Virus record (IMG/VR): IMGVR_UViG_3300042290_000649
Coordinates: 1-58,092 of that record
Length of the DNA stretch: 58,092 nucleotides
DNA from: a virus
Taxonomy: Duplodnaviria > Caudoviricetes
Strand: one strand, 5' to 3'
Part shown: piece by piece, positions 17,813-32,800 of the stretch
How positions within the stretch are numbered: position 1 is the stretch's first letter
Layout of the letters: every line of letters begins with the position of its first letter
Position numbers and translations under genes: made by a program
The notes under the pieces: model-generated
The model's input: only the letters and a program-made list of their open reading frames with translations
Databases searched by the model: none
Told to the model about the DNA's origin: nothing

Positions 17813-20800
17813 CTAACCTGAAATTGACCCTGTTGGGGACGAGATATACGAACCGCCTGATGCCCTGATGGCCCTACCGACAGCCTCTTCAACCTGCTCC
17901 GCAAGGTCTGCGGTATTCATATCCTGGGCATCGTTGATTGTAATGGTTATCGGAATCTGATTATACATTGTGACGGTTGTCTGTGCCCCGTTAATCCCCA
18001 CTGTCTGGATAGATGAGGCGAAGGCTGCGGCGTATTCTGCAAGTCTGGCCTTGAGTTCGGCGTTGAACTCCGTGATCGGCGGAACTGGCATGGCGGTAAC
18101 TTGCCTGTACTCATCCTCTGGCTCTTCAGAACCCAAGAAGCGAATTGCCTCGAGTTCTTTAAGTCTAGCCTTGAGACGATCAGACATTTCATCTTCTTCT
18201 CTAATCACCCTGTCCAGCACGGCGTCGTAAACCCCCAGGAGCATTGCGTGACCAACCATTCCAGGTGGCAGATTAGTATGACCGCTAACACCCTGACCAT
18301 CGTAATAGCCCCGAGGGTTATATTTTTCCGACACCGGCCGTTGCATGCGCTCCTCGAGCCCATCTGGAGTTTGTAGCAGCGACCGCATTGGGATTGTTGG
18401 GGCTACTGTTCCTGTGGTTGGAAGCGTGATTCCAGCAACAAGTGCCATTGCCTCTGCCAACTGATGGAATGCACCAATTGGACCCTGGAGGGAGTCTGCG
18501 TACGCCTCAAGGTTGGTCATTGTCGACTCAAACGCTGACCTGGTTGCCTCGATTGCGTCGGTCACGCTCTGCAATTGCTCGGTAGCCGCGTCGATTCCTG
18601 GAATTGGAGCAGTGTTGTCGTAGGTTGTCCCAAACAGAATCTTGTCGAGGGTGGTCAGATCCTTCTGTGCCGATCCAAGCGTTCCCGCAAGGTGACTCAT
18701 GGCGTCGTCAAGCGAGTCAACTGTATTAGAGAGTTCTCCAATCCTTGAGTCTGTGCTGTCGGCAAACTTTACATATTCCTCAAGATCAAACCTTGCAAGA
18801 ACGTCTGCATAGGTATCTCGGACCATATCCCGCAACTTCTTTACAGACTCTGCCGTTGGGGTTTCCCCAGAGGCCGCAATAAACTTGTTGATTACCTCAT
18901 CGCTAAGGTCTGCCTCAAGGATGCTTGCCATATTAATGTTGGTCTTTGTGGCAGTTTCAAAGTCTGTAAGGCCCTGTTCAAGGGTTCTCTGGGCAAGGAT
19001 GGCCATCTTTGCTGTGGTTCCAAAGGTGTTCTTGCCGCTCAGGAGCGCCTCTGCGTACTCAAGAACTGCGTACTTCTCTTTATCTTTTTCCGCTGTTCCG
19101 AAACCGCCTGCCGGCTTAATGCTCTTTAGATAGTCCCTAATTGCAGTAGCGCCAGTAAACACCTTGTCTAGGCCAGTCTTTGAATCCTTTACCCCAACGT
19201 CCGTATACTTTAGCCCGGCAGAGACTGCCTCGTTCATAAATGTTGCAAGCAAGCCGCTCTCTTCATTGTCTCCCCGGAATACGTTGAAGCCGCTGGCGCT
19301 GGTGAACTTGTTGAATGCAGAAAGACCGTTACTCAAACTTGCAGGGATACTGTACGTTCCGCCTTCTGCCGCAAATTGGCCAAACTCCAAGTTGCCCATC
19401 GTTTCACCAAGGGCGAGCGTTTGCTTGCCCATTGTTGCAACGTCTTCGGCATTAGCCAGAATGCTCTTAAAGATGTCTGTAGTAGACATCCTCTTCATTG
19501 CTTCGCTCATCCCAGGAAGGGTGCCCGTCATGGTCAGGCGCAGCATGTCGTTAAGTGTCTCGCCAGGAATTGAGTCCATGCCGAGGACCTTGCTTACTGC
19601 CTCAAACCTATTCTGCATTCTGGTGATCGAGGCGCTGTAAATCTGCTCCTGGGCATCTGTATTTTCCTGGAACTGCTTGCTGTATCGCTCCTTCTCATCC
19701 TCAATGGCCTTGAGTTCGTCATCCTTCTGCTTCTCAATGTAGAACTCGGCAAGGTTGTTCTTCGCATCGTAGAATGCCTTTGCTGCCTCAATCGGATCGG
19801 CGCTGTCCGATCGCATCTGCAATCCGGAAAGTTGGAGTTGCTCAAGAAGGCCCTTCTCTGTCTGCTCTTGCGTGCGCTTTCGATAGCGCTCATCGATAGC
19901 CTTTCCTTGCTCGTCAAGTTGCTTGATGTACTCATCGTGCGTGGTTTGCTGCGCCTTCTTGACTCGATCGTATGCCTTCTGCGCGACGCTTGCCATTGTG
20001 CTGAGCAGTGATGTGTTCCTTTGAATTGCCGCAGCCGTCGTTGTCCCCTGGTCTCCGCCGACAAGAGCGCCCTGCGCCTGTGCAACCAACTCCCTAATCT
20101 TGGTAAGTTCTTCTGCGGAATATCCGTATGGGTTGTCCTTCAACTTAGCGTTCAGTGAGTTTAGGTTTGTTTCCATTAACCTGATTGTTTTTCTTAGGGT
20201 TTCCGTCCTGGCCATAAAGGCTTCATATGCCCTCTGCTGGGCCTGACTTGTCTCGGACCACCATGCGTCACGCGAGGCGGCAACGGCGGCATCACCGAAG
20301 GACGTAACGTTCTGTTTTTCCATTTCTTCTAGTCTTGCCATAGAGAGGTCGTTTTGCTTTTCTGCAAGTTGCATTCCCTGCACCTTTGCCTGGGCCTCGA
20401 GTTGCGCCCAATGCACTGCAGACTGGCTAGACTTGTTTGCAATAGCCTGCAAATCGGCTTTACGTGCAAGGATTTGTAGGAGTGCCTGGTTATTGAGCAG
20501 TTCCTTGTTGCTAATGCTGATTCCCTGACCCTCAAGGATGGCCAGGCTTTGCCCAAGGTCAACCTCTCGTTCCGTTAGGTTAAAGATTTTATCCCTGAGT
20601 GCAGCCTCTCTCTCCATAAGATCAATTTCGTCTCTCGTGAGTGATTTATTTTGAGTGATCTTGGTTGTAATTATTGAAAGTTGGGCAGAGTAATCTGACT
20701 TAAATCGCGCCAGTGCAGCCTCGTCTTGTATCGCCTTATTCCTGATGGCCTCAGACGCAGATTGTCGCTTATCCTCAAGAACGCCAATCTTGAATACTTG

Positions 20801-23800
20801 ATATCTGGTTGCAAGGATTTCTTTATCAATTGCCCTAATTCTTGCTAGTTTCGCCGCCTCTGCCGTAGTGAGGATTGATGGCATTGCCTGCCTGTCTGTC
20901 GAACTACCAACGATTGCTCCGCCCTCATAGGTTCTAGTTGTGGTGGTCTTAAACTTGTCTTTAGTGGCGTCCTCAAGCATCTGAAGTCGGGACAATTCAG
21001 AGTCTCCGCCAAGTTTCTTTCTCTCGGCCTCAAGGGCGCTTAGTTTCTGTCGCTGCTCAAAGAATTGATCAAAGAGTTTGTAGCCAAGTTCTGAACCAAA
21101 CTCATCCATGAGTTCTCGTCTGCTTGACTTCAAGTCAACCTTTGGCGTCAGTTCTTTTGCTCGCTTATTAAACGCATCAAAGTATTCGACGGTCTTAGCA
21201 AGGGCATCTTTCAGTTGCTGGGCGGACCAGCCAACCATTTCGTCGATGCTCTTAATGACGCCAGCCTCAAGCATTGCATCAATCGGGTCAATTCGGCCAA
21301 TCTGGGTTAGCGTTTGCATGACGAGGGAGTTGTACTTTGTATCCCCTCCGCCAATTCCCGTTCCCATCTCCACTGCCTTGTATCCAAGCAGATCGGTAAA
21401 ACTCTTGCCCGGTTCGACGATAGTCTTTCCGTCTTCGCCCACTTTCTGGGTCGCCGTAACCTGCGCGGCGTCATACGAAACCAGTCGCGCAATACCGCCC
21501 TTGTACATCTCTCTAATATTTCCAAACTCGTCGGTGTAACTGTTGGCAGTTTCAACCTTGAGGAGAGTCGCATAATCAAGAAGTTTTTGTGAAGCCGCAG
21601 AAAGAAGAGCCCCGCCGTCTTTTGCTTCTTGCAGTTGCTTAATAACACCCTCAAAGTTTTTTCCAGATTGCAGGTACTGACGCAACTGCGCATCGTCAAA
21701 CGCTGTACTTGCATTTTGCTCTTTGTTAAACGCAAATCCTGCCAACTGAAGAACCTGGTTCATCCCTAGGCCCTTATCGCTTTTATTGGTTGGGTTTGTA
21801 ATTTCTGTAAGGTTGAGTGTTCTCAATTCGTTTGCAGTTTGTGGGAGATCTGGGAACATTGCCGCAAAAGCGTTTGGATCTACGCTGCCTGCGGCAATAG
21901 CGGCTTTTTGCGCAATGAGTTTGTCATATGCGGCATATTGCTCTGGGGTGGCACCGATGCCGCTTGAAGCCGTGGTTGGAACATCTACGTATCCCATGCC
22001 CGTTGCCTTTGATCGGTTTGCAACGTCGTCTTCACCGGTATAGATGTAATTTCCTGCAGAGTCTTTCTCAAAGATATTCTTTGTCATCCTCAGGTTCATC
22101 ATTATTTCGCTATTAATGGCAGCAATTGCGTTCGTCATTTCGGTGCCGCCATCGATGCTCCCGCTCTTGTCGTAGTCGTAGAGGGTCAAGATATCTTTGC
22201 GGGAAAGTTGGTTTGTCAATTTTTCTGTATTAACATCCTTTGGAAGCGACTGAACACCGTTAACAATGAAAGGAATTCCCCCAGCACCTTCGCCAGTCAG
22301 GCCAAGCGACTTGTCAATCTTTGACTGGAGTTCTGCTGCGGCCTTTGCATCTTCTTCGCTTAGGCCAAGTTTCTTATTGGCTTCAATTCGCGCTTTCTGC
22401 TGCTCAACGGCCGCCTCAGACCCGCGAATAATCGAGTCGGCCATGCTGCCCGCAAGTTCCCCGATCATGCTGCCGATTGCTGGCCCAATAATTGGTCCGA
22501 TAATTGGAATCATTCCACCAACGCCCATCCCAATCATTGATCCAATGCCGTTTCCGAGTGACTGGAATAGTCCGGACTTTTGAGACAACGTCTGCTTCAA
22601 GTCTGGTCCAAGGATGTTTCCCATGCCAAACATTTCTAGACCAGCAAGCACTGCATTTGGCATTCCTGCTGCGCGCGAAGATGCAGATCCGATACCGAGG
22701 AGTGCGCCGCCCTGGCTTAGCATCCCGCCAAGTCCTGCTAGTTTTCCAAACGCGCCACCACGCATCGTTCGGCGTGAGGCGACAACGTTCTCTGAAACTC
22801 TTCGCTTGGTAATATTGCCATCCTTGCCAGTGTAGTAGTACCCGCCATCTTCTCCCTGCTGAATTTGCGAAAGACCAGTTCCAGCCCCGCCAAGTTTCAC
22901 CGTTTGCAACTTATTAAGAAGGGGAACATTCTTGATGAGTTGCGCAGTCTTCTTGTTAATAACGTCATAGAAGTTTGACATTGCCGCAGCCATCTTCTGG
23001 ATCATGCCTACGCTTCCTCCCTTTAGCGCGGCCGATGAAATACCACGAGCACGTACTTTCTCAAGTTCTTCGCTTTCGCTCTTTGTAAGTTTTGAGTCAC
23101 CAGATGCGACTCGCTTTCCGACCTCTCCATAAATAAGTTTCTGAACTTCCGGCGGAAGGGTCTCAATTCTTCGCATGTCTCGCTTAGAGAGTTTTAGGCC
23201 ACCGGAGTGGAATTCCCCAAGCAGCGTGCCAATTTCGTCATCGCTGACCTTCCCAAGTTTCCGCTTATCCCCCTTTGCCCGCATAAGCATTGGGAGAATC
23301 ATGCGGCCTTCCTTGCTCTTCTTAAATTCTGCAATTACCGCATTTGCCTCACCTGTTTTTCCGGAATCCATCAGGCTCTTGTAGCGGGCCGCCATTGCCT
23401 CAACTTTTTCGAAGGCCTTGGTCATGACATAACTTGCTTCTCGCTCAATTAGGACAAGCGTTTCAAAGTTCTTACCCCATGCCGTTGTGTACTTGTTTGC
23501 ACTGGCATCAAGTTTCCCGTCCTTCATTCCTGGAATTTCAAGAATTCCGGCGTTGGATAGTTGCATGCCGAGGTCTTGCAGGACGCCGCCCTTCTGGAAC
23601 GACTCAAAGCGACTCTGCAATTTCTGACCAGTAAACACAGGGGACATGTGTCCTGGGCCGCTATCTTGATGCCTTAGCGTAAAGCCATCACCAAAGTCCG
23701 GGGCCATTGCACCAAAGATTTTCTCCCTAGGCTGTGTAAGGATTCCCTTGAGGAACCCAAGCGGACCACGGAATACTGTGTCCTCTACATTCCCAAGGAA

Positions 23801-26800
23801 GCCCTTAACCTTACCCCCTGCGGCAACCATGCTAGTTGCTCGTTCGCCGGTCTCCGGATCAGGGTACCCCTGGCTGTTGATCTTTTCTGTTGCGCGATTG
23901 TAGTTAATTATTGGCTTCCCATTTTTGTCCATTAGAACTTCGCCGTTGTCCCCCTTGACGTAATCCCTTGCCGAAATCTTTTCGGCCCTTAGGTCCGCGT
24001 GTCGGTCGGCGGTGAGTCTTACAGCGCTACCATATTTTGTAACGGCATCTGACGCGGAGTTCCACGCAGTCACAATCCCCGCAATTGGCTTTGCAAGCGT
24101 TGCGGTTGCCACCTGCCAAAGCATGGTTGCTGTCTTAAATGCAATAAATATACCGAGCAGCAAGCCAAGTATTGGGGCAAACGGGGTAAGAACCTTGAGC
24201 AGCAATGAGAATGTTCCAAGCAAGACAGTAAGGAACGGCATGAGTGCGCCAATTGCAACGGCCATGCTGGCAATAAAGGATGATATTGCAGAAGTTGCAA
24301 GTTCTTTTGCAATAGTTGCCAATGCGTCAGCAATGATAGTGATAAAGCCCTTGATTGAGTCGACAAATACCGAAAGGTATGTGCCAAAGCCAAATGTATT
24401 CTTTCTAATTGCGTCCGCGAGCCCAGAAATTGCCACAATGATTAATGTAATTGTTGCAATCATTGGGTTTGCCATAATGGCCTTTGCGAATATTGTTCCT
24501 AGCGTTGCGGCGGTTGCAAGCCCCCTGCCGACCTTGTCGCTAAGGATGTCGCCAATCAAAGCAAGGCCAGAGCCAACCTTGTCTACAATGTCCGTAAAGA
24601 CGGCGCCAAACTGGCTTCCGCGCTCAAGTGCAGCGCCAAAACCGCCAACGAAAACGTTAATGAATATCTGTGCAACCTTCTCCAGCGCTGGGCCAAACCC
24701 CTTGAGGCTATTAACAAAGTTGGCCACATTCTTTGCAAAACTTTCTATGAATATAGTGATCTGCTGGGACTTGAGCATGAACTGTCCAAGTTCAACAATG
24801 GTGTCTCGGACGGAGTCATAGAGCGGCTTGAATGCCATCGCCATGAAGTTTTGTGAAAGGTCGGCAATTGTTGAGAGGGCACCCGTCATTGTCCTTGATA
24901 GTCGGTCTGCAGATCCCTGGTATTGCCTGTCCATCCCCTCGGTGATTGCGCGAGCAGCAACAGAACCCATAAGGAATCCGCGCTTCGCCATGTTTCTGAT
25001 AAGTCCCTCTGCTCGCTTTGGATCTTTTAGCGTCTCGATCATTTGATCCATAGTGCCGAACGACTTTACAAAGTTTGCGCTCCCGATCACGCTTTGCAGA
25101 CGCTTCATTTCATCAATAACGTAATCCGGAAGGCCAGAAAGTTCTCCCATTGCGTACTTCTTGAGGGCAATAAGGTCGGTAAGCATCTTCTCGGATAGCA
25201 TTCGGTATCCCGCGACACCGGCGTTTGCCAACTGCATCATGTCGTTCTGGTAGACGCGACCAGCAGAGTTCATCTGCCCAAGGGCGTACGCAATTCTGTC
25301 GATCTTCTCGTCGTTTCCACCGAGCGCCGCGACAGCGTTGGAGATAGCGTTGACCATGTCTGGAATTTCTCGCGCTTCGAATCCGAACGCCTTCATCTTG
25401 AGCGAGGCCTCTACAAGCGGCTGGAACCTGAACGGCGTTACGTTAGCGATATCCCTGATTCGCGCCACCATGTTGTCGGCAGCCTTTGATGTAAGAAGCA
25501 GGGCCTCATTGAAGGTAAGGGCTTGCTCCTTCATGAATCCAATCTGAACCCCAACCGAGTTATATGCGGGGACCAGATCGTTTTCTGCGCTAGTTGCCGC
25601 TTGTAGCGTGTTTGCAAACAGCGTGTTGAAACCTACTGTCGTATTTTCAAGAACTTGGTTGAACTTAAATACGCCGGACTGCAGGTGCTCAACAACCGTA
25701 GCGATCTCTCGACCAATTTGCTGAACGAACAAGAATGTCGCAGCCCTTCCGACTTGTGTCTTTAGGGACCTGATAATTCCCGTGTTTACATTCATGTAGG
25801 TGCCGAGCGCCTTGGTTACGTTCTCTGCTGCCTGCTGTTGTTTCTGCATCATCAATGACGACTGGTCGATGTTCCCAGTTAGATGTAGAACCTGCGGTCG
25901 AAGTTCTCTATAAATATTCGAAAGTTGCTTGAGGTGCTCCATCCCCTTATAAACATTTTCAAGGTTTGGCGCCTTGTATCCCTCGTCACCCCAGCCACTG
26001 CCCCCACCGCCCGGTGCGCTTCCGTCACCTGCATCATCGCCGCCTGCGCCCTTACCGGCGGCGGTCGATTGAATCTCTTGCTGGATCTTGAGTTTTCCTT
26101 GACGCGACATTGCAATAAGAAGAGCAACTTCTTCTCCAAGTTTGTCAAAGTCTTCGGCTATCTTGATAAGTTCCTGACGCTTAAGACCATCTGGGAGCCA
26201 CGTAGCATTACCAATTCTCTGCGCAACAGCGGCCGGGGTCCCGGCATTTTCCTTCTCGCCCATGATTGGCATTGCTTTTTGCGACCTAAGTTTTTCGCTC
26301 TGCTCGGCGATTCCGTCTAGGTATGTCAGGAGGTCCTTAAATCCACCAACATTAGATTCAATAATTTGTGACTTAAGCGCATCCCTGTCGTAGGAGATTC
26401 CTACTTTTGCACCCTCATCCACTTTTGCGTTAACCATCTTTTCAACTTCTTCAGCAATTCTGGCGACAATTGCCTCAAGGGCCGGTAGTTTGCTGCCAAG
26501 ACCGATACGCGCAATGGCCTCGTTTACTTCGGCATCAACCCTAGAAGTATCATCGGGCTGCTGCCCATCTCCGGCTGGTGGCGTTGGCGGCGCTGGTGGC
26601 CTGCTTGGTGGCGCTGGAGGGCCTGCGGGGGCCGCTGGCCTTGCTGGCGCTGCTCCTTGCGCTGGAACCTGTTGCTGACTTTCTGCAACCGTAGCCCTCT
26701 CAACTGCAGCAACTCGATCCGACTCCACGGCGGACGACTCAATTGCGGCAGCCTCTTGCTCCGCTGCGACTGCCGCCTTCTTAGCGGCTGCGCGTGCTCG

Positions 26801-29800
26801 GCGCTGGGCGGCAACACGTTCTTTTCTTGCAGCGTTATCTGCAACAACCTGCGCGTCATACTCTTCCTTGGTTGGCTCTGCTGCTGTTTTGGGTGCCTCT
26901 GCAGCCTTTGTCGCAGCCTCTTCAGCCTTCTTTGCCTCTTCTTCTTTTGCTTTTGCTTTCGCTGCATCAGCCGCGTTCTTCCTGTCGGACGCTGCTTTTT
27001 CCCTTGCCGCTGCGGCAGCGGAGCGGGCCTGCTGATCATCGTGAATCTTTTTCAATCGAGCGGCATCAGCGGCGTTTAGTTCTGCAATCTTGGCCTCGTC
27101 TGCATCCCTCTTTCTCTTTGCAACGACCGAGGGGTCAACACGTGCCGCCTCGTCGGGGCTAAGGCCAACTTCTGCACCCTCATCAATCTGTGCCTCCATC
27201 GGTGTTTCCAGGCGCGCCCTTGGGTCTTGCTTCCTGGCCCTCTTGCGCGCCGCTTCAGCCCGAGTCCCAGCGGTCTTGAGTCGCTCCTCGTCCCGCTTAG
27301 CGTTTCTGGCCATGTCCCTTTCTTGCCTTTCACGAATGAGTCCCTCGGTCTGCGCTGGCGTTAGCGTGGCAAGTTCATCGGTGCTAACGCCAAGTTCTTC
27401 TGCCTGATCAATCTCTGCCTCTCGTGGAGTAATGAGGCCGGAAAGCATATCCGCTCCGGCCGGAGTCTTCTTCTTTCTTGGCTTCTTTTCTTTCTTCGGC
27501 TTGGGCTTCTCTTCTTCGACTGGGGCGTAGGTGTCTGATGAGTCCTCTTCGAAAGATCCATCATCATCTGGCACGTCATCTTCGGAAGTCTCCGCCGCCT
27601 GCTTGCTTTTCTCTTCATTTGCCGCAATGATGTTTTTCAGTTTGGCAATCAGGCTGGCAACGACGCGCTGCTCTCCCGCCGGTACCGGCTCGCCAGCCTG
27701 GCGTCGATCCTTTTGCACGTCCTCCTCGTTGAGCACCATGTCGAGCAACTCTTTGGCGTCTTCGTTGTCCACGTCTAGCGTGCTGCGTCCCGCAACAATC
27801 TGAGCCATGATGTTATTCCAGGTTCTAGGTTTGTCCGACTGCTCCATGCCGCGCTGCTCTATCAGGTCCTTCTGCGCAGAGGTCAGCGCCAACTTCGAAC
27901 CGCCCTCGCGCGGCTCGATGGACGCCCATTCAGGAGGTAGCGTTGCTACTGGCGGTGGGAGGCGGGGACCTGCCTCTACTGTTGTGCTATCGGGAATCCT
28001 ACGCTCCAATTCCGCCGCTGCTTCCCCGGGCGGCAACATCTGAGTCGTATCAACCTGAATCTCATCTGCCTGCTTGGCCCTCTCTTCATCGCGCTTCTTT
28101 TTCATCGCGGCAAAATCGAACGTAAGCGGAATTTCTTCCTCACCGCCTGCGCCGAGAGGAACTACTCCCCCTTCTCTCTTGATCTTTCCAAGTTGTTCCG
28201 GCCCACCCTCTGTCTCCATCTTCCCAAGTTGTACTGCGTCGTCTTCTTCCTCACCGAATCCGTAAATCTGTCCGCGCTGCGCCTTAAGGCGTGCCTGCAT
28301 TAGGAGAATGTTTCGCCTTATTCTTTCTATCGGGAAAAGTTTTATTGTTTTGTTGCCGTTGCCCTTATCCTCTTCCTCCGTTGGCATCTCACCGCTTTCC
28401 AGTTCAGGCATAACATTCGCCAGGGCCGTCAGCAAGATTTGCTCCGCGATGCGGTCATCTATAACTTTTCCGTCGGACTTAAGGCCGCCCATTTGATTTT
28501 GAATCGATAGGGCGTAGTCTATGATTTCTTGCGGTATTCCTGCAGATAGGACATCGTCAGTCCTGGATATACCCCCGCCCAGTCTTGTGAGCCCGGCAAT
28601 GCCCGCCGCGCTGGGCGGCATGCCGCCAACAAAACCTGCGATATCAGGTCCCTTGTTGATAATTGCGTTTTCCAGGGACTCTCTTACTAGTGCGTACTGC
28701 CGCTCATCGGCCTTTCTTTCCTCTACCTCTTTCTTATTTAGCAATCCTATTCTTGCTTCATCAAGTTTCGACTCTGACGCGATAAGGTCGTCAATTTGCT
28801 TATCAAGACCTTGTGCGGTTTCCCTTAGGGTTGCCCTATCTTCCTCTGATCCATTGTCGTATTCGTCGGAGTCGTATATTGCGTCAATCTGTTCTTGCAG
28901 AGATTGAATTTTTGCGCTTGACGCCTTCAAGGCTTTGTCTATTTCGGCCAACTTGTCTTGGTCCTCGCCCGTAAAGGCCCCTACAGACTCCTGACGAGAA
29001 ATCTTCTTGAATGACTCATCGTAATCATCGCTAAACTCATAAGTTCTACTAAGGGGGACAAACCCGCGACCACGCACTCGGTCATGCGTAATCTGCTGCG
29101 ATTGCATCTTTGCCCGCTGCTCTTCTGAATATTGCGGTAGAAGGTTAATTTGATCCGCTCCAGAATACTCACCTCCGCGATACGCTCCGAGGCCACGCTG
29201 CTCTCGTGCGACCCCCAGTTTTACTGCTCGCTCTCTTTGGTCAAAAGGAATTACCTCGGTCAAATCAAATGCAGTTCCCAGCACCTCCTCACCCGGCTTG
29301 CGCGGATCAGTGAAACTCTGATCCCACATGCCAATCCAGGTGTCGACACCTGCCATAATTCTTGCGCGGATTTGCGCTTCGTTATCCTTAATAAATTTAT
29401 TAAGCGCCTCGCCAAGCCCCTTTGTGGTTGCAACAGAAGTTTTTGGAACGTTCTGGTCTACTCCGCCCGCCTCTTGCTGCGTTCCGCCAACAAGGTATCC
29501 CTCTTCCGGCTCAACGTTTTCAACAATAATTTGACCTTGCTTATCAATAGCAAGTTTTCTTGTTAGGCCGTCAGTAACAGCGGCGAGGATCTCCTCTGTT
29601 TTCATTGCCTCACGTGGCGCTTCGGCTTCTTCTCCGTATCCGTATGTTCTACTAATGCCTCCCCTGACGGACCCGATTGATGACCTTCTTGCATCGGACT
29701 CTAGATATGCCTCCCTTCCTGGGGCGGAGAGTCCACCAAACTTCTCAGCAACAACGTCTAGTGTTTCCTGCGTGAAGGTTCCGGTCCTTGGCGCAACTCC

Positions 29801-32800
29801 TCGATGATGCCCTTGGGTGTGACCATTCAATTGTGCCATAACGTTTGCAAGGTACTCGCCCGTAAATTTGTTGATATGCGCTATCCATTGTTCATACGGA
29901 GCGTCTTCGCTAATCGCCGGAACGTTCATGACATAGTCAGAAAGGATTCTCCGTAGTTTTGCACTGACTTCGCTGGGCAAATTATTGCCTGAGTTCTCAA
30001 GCGTCTCTTGGATTTTCATCATGTAGTCATAGATCGCCTCGTGAATTGGCTCGATGTCGCGGCTCAGGCCAACCGACCCCCTGCCGCCAATTGCGGCCAT
30101 GTGCCCACCTTCGTGTGAGGCGATAGCGCCAAAGCCCATCATTGGAACCAGTTCGCCGTCCTTCTTTGTGCGCATTTTTTCTGCTACTTGGAGCGATGCG
30201 TATGTTTGGTATCCGCCGTCAGGCTGCTCAACGCCCCTTGTGACATGAGAGTACCCAGGAGCATTTTGATACGTATCGTCTGTGCTATCCACCGTCGTAA
30301 CGCTTATGCCACGATTGACCGTTGGAATCTTCGCAAGCAAAGCAAGCAGTTCATTTGCCGCAGCAAAGGCCGCCGAATCCGCCGATACTTCATCTCCCTT
30401 GTGGACAACGGTAACTATTGCCTTGTCCGGTAGCGGTGGCAGATCTCCCCTATCCGCCGTAGTTGCGTGCGACTGGTCTACTTCTACCTGGGAGACTTGC
30501 AATCCCATTGATGCAAGGTAGTCAAGAACTGTCTGCGCAATAATTTTTGCCTCTGCCAATGAAACATTTTCGTTGTCTTTTGGATCTTTAACCCCCTTAC
30601 GGGCTGCATCGTCTTGCAGGTCATACGGGATCATGCCCATCCCGATAGATTGAATCTGCTCCGGTGTCAGCCCTTCAAGCGACGTAATCCTATTGAATTG
30701 AGACATTGCTGGGGTAAGCGGCGCTGTTTCCATGTTCCGTTGCATGACTGGGGCTGGGCGACCGACGCCTTGAGATGTTCTTACCGGGTCAAATACGTCA
30801 TATCCGTAAACTCTTGAGGAGCCATCGCCAAGTTGTGGGGCATCCGAAGCAAGGTCAGGGATGTATTCCTTAAACGCCGCTATTCGTTGCTTAAGCAACT
30901 CAAGATCTATTTTTGCCTGTCGCTCTTCTTCTGCAAGTTGCGAAAGAATCTCTGGGTCTTGTCCTACCAACTCAGCAAGCAGGGGGAAATTGCCAAGAAC
31001 TTCCATAATCTTTGGAACTCCCTGGATAATCTCGGCAAACTTTGTTCGGGTCTCAGCATTTCCAAGGTCGAACTTCCCTGGCTCAGCAGAAAGTGCCTTC
31101 AGATCTGCACGCTTCGCCTTGCCACCAACGGTTCCCTCTCCCGGTATCATTGCCCGCAGGGCATCCGGGTCCAGTAGATTCCTTGCCATCGCCTCTGCAA
31201 GAATCTTAGTAATTTCTTCTGGATCACCAGCGGTAACTGTTTCCGCTATTGCGCGGAGTTGCGATTCCTCTGCTGCCGCACCGTAATCGCCAAAGGGAAC
31301 ACCTGGTACATCTGCGCGACCGGTACCCGCGCCCCTTGTCTGCTTTACCGAGTAGGCATTTTTTGATGCCTGGGTCAAGGCATCTAGATTTGTTATAAGC
31401 GGCGTTAGAATATCCCTTGCAACAACTGCGGCAAGCGCGGGGCGATCGGATTCTGAAACCGCACCAGAAGTCGCAGCGCCGCTTTTAACGAAATCTAGTG
31501 CGCCAAGAACGCCGCCGCCTCCCTGGCCAAGAGCACCAACAACATCCTTGATTCTCTGCATCGCCGCCGCCGATTCTCTATTCATCTCACTTGGGTCAAT
31601 CTTCATCTTCTGCACTGCAGCCATGATGCTCATTAACCCAACAAGGTGATCACGAAGTTCTGATGCAATTTCTGGCTTTACCGTCTTACCAGACGAAAGC
31701 GTTGCTGTAATTTCAGCAAAAAGTGCTTCAATATTCACCACCGTGCGATCGACAGTATCTACAAACTCGGCGAGATCTTTTCCAGTTGCGGTAACTGTTT
31801 GAAGTTCAATTCCTCTCTTGCCTGTTTTTTCGATTCTTGTCGAAAGCATGGCGGCAACAGGATTGCCGATTTCCTCGTTTCTAACTGCCCCATCTTCTTC
31901 TCGGCTGTATGATGGATACGGCGAAAAGAGTTGGCTTACCCTTGCCAGTGCCAGGGGGTTTTGAACCCCGGCAATTGGGCTTCTTGATGGCCTCAGGACG
32001 CCCGTTTCCTCATCCTCAATAACCCCAAGTTGCCGGTCTTCTTCTATACCAATAGCGGCAAGAAGACCGGAAATTCCACCAGATGCTTTTACTCCACCCT
32101 TTGAAATTTCCCTAAGTTCTGCGCGAATAGTTGCAAGGCGCTCCGCTTCTACCTCTGTCCTGTTTTCAATTGCAGCAAGTTCTGTTTCTTCTATCTCTAG
32201 AAGTTGCACTCGCGCTCTGGCAATTCCCTTCGAAACACCGGTTGTTCCAATTTCCCTAAGATCGCCAGACGGCAGTACATCGCTAACGCTTCTGCCGCCG
32301 CTGCGGAGCCTGCGCATCCGCTCTTCAACTCCTCGGTCTTCATCTTCACGGCTAGAGACCATTGATATTGCCCTAAGGGCGGGGCTGCTCTGAATTGCCC
32401 TGCCGATGGCGGCCTCGGCGGCGATCCTTGCGGCGCCCTCCGGTACCGGCTCTGGGGGCAACGCGCCGCCTCGCAGGACTTCCACATCGGACTTCTTCCT
32501 GCGCCCAGTTGCTCTACCCGGCGTGTACGCCTTAGAAAGGATTTGATTACGGAATTCAGCGACCTCTTCATCAGTTCTTGGGGCTGCCGCCTTGAACTCC
32601 TCAATCATAGTGGCGGCAATTTCCTTCATGAACGTCTTGATCAACTTGTCAAAATCGATCTCTCCGATCACATCTTGAACCGCCTCTTGTATCCTTCTTT
32701 GGGCATCGATAACTGCAGAGGAGTACGCAACTTTCGCTTCTGCAATTTTTCTATCAAGTTCTTCCAATAGGGGAGTTGAAGATCGCAGGCTCGGCGTCCC

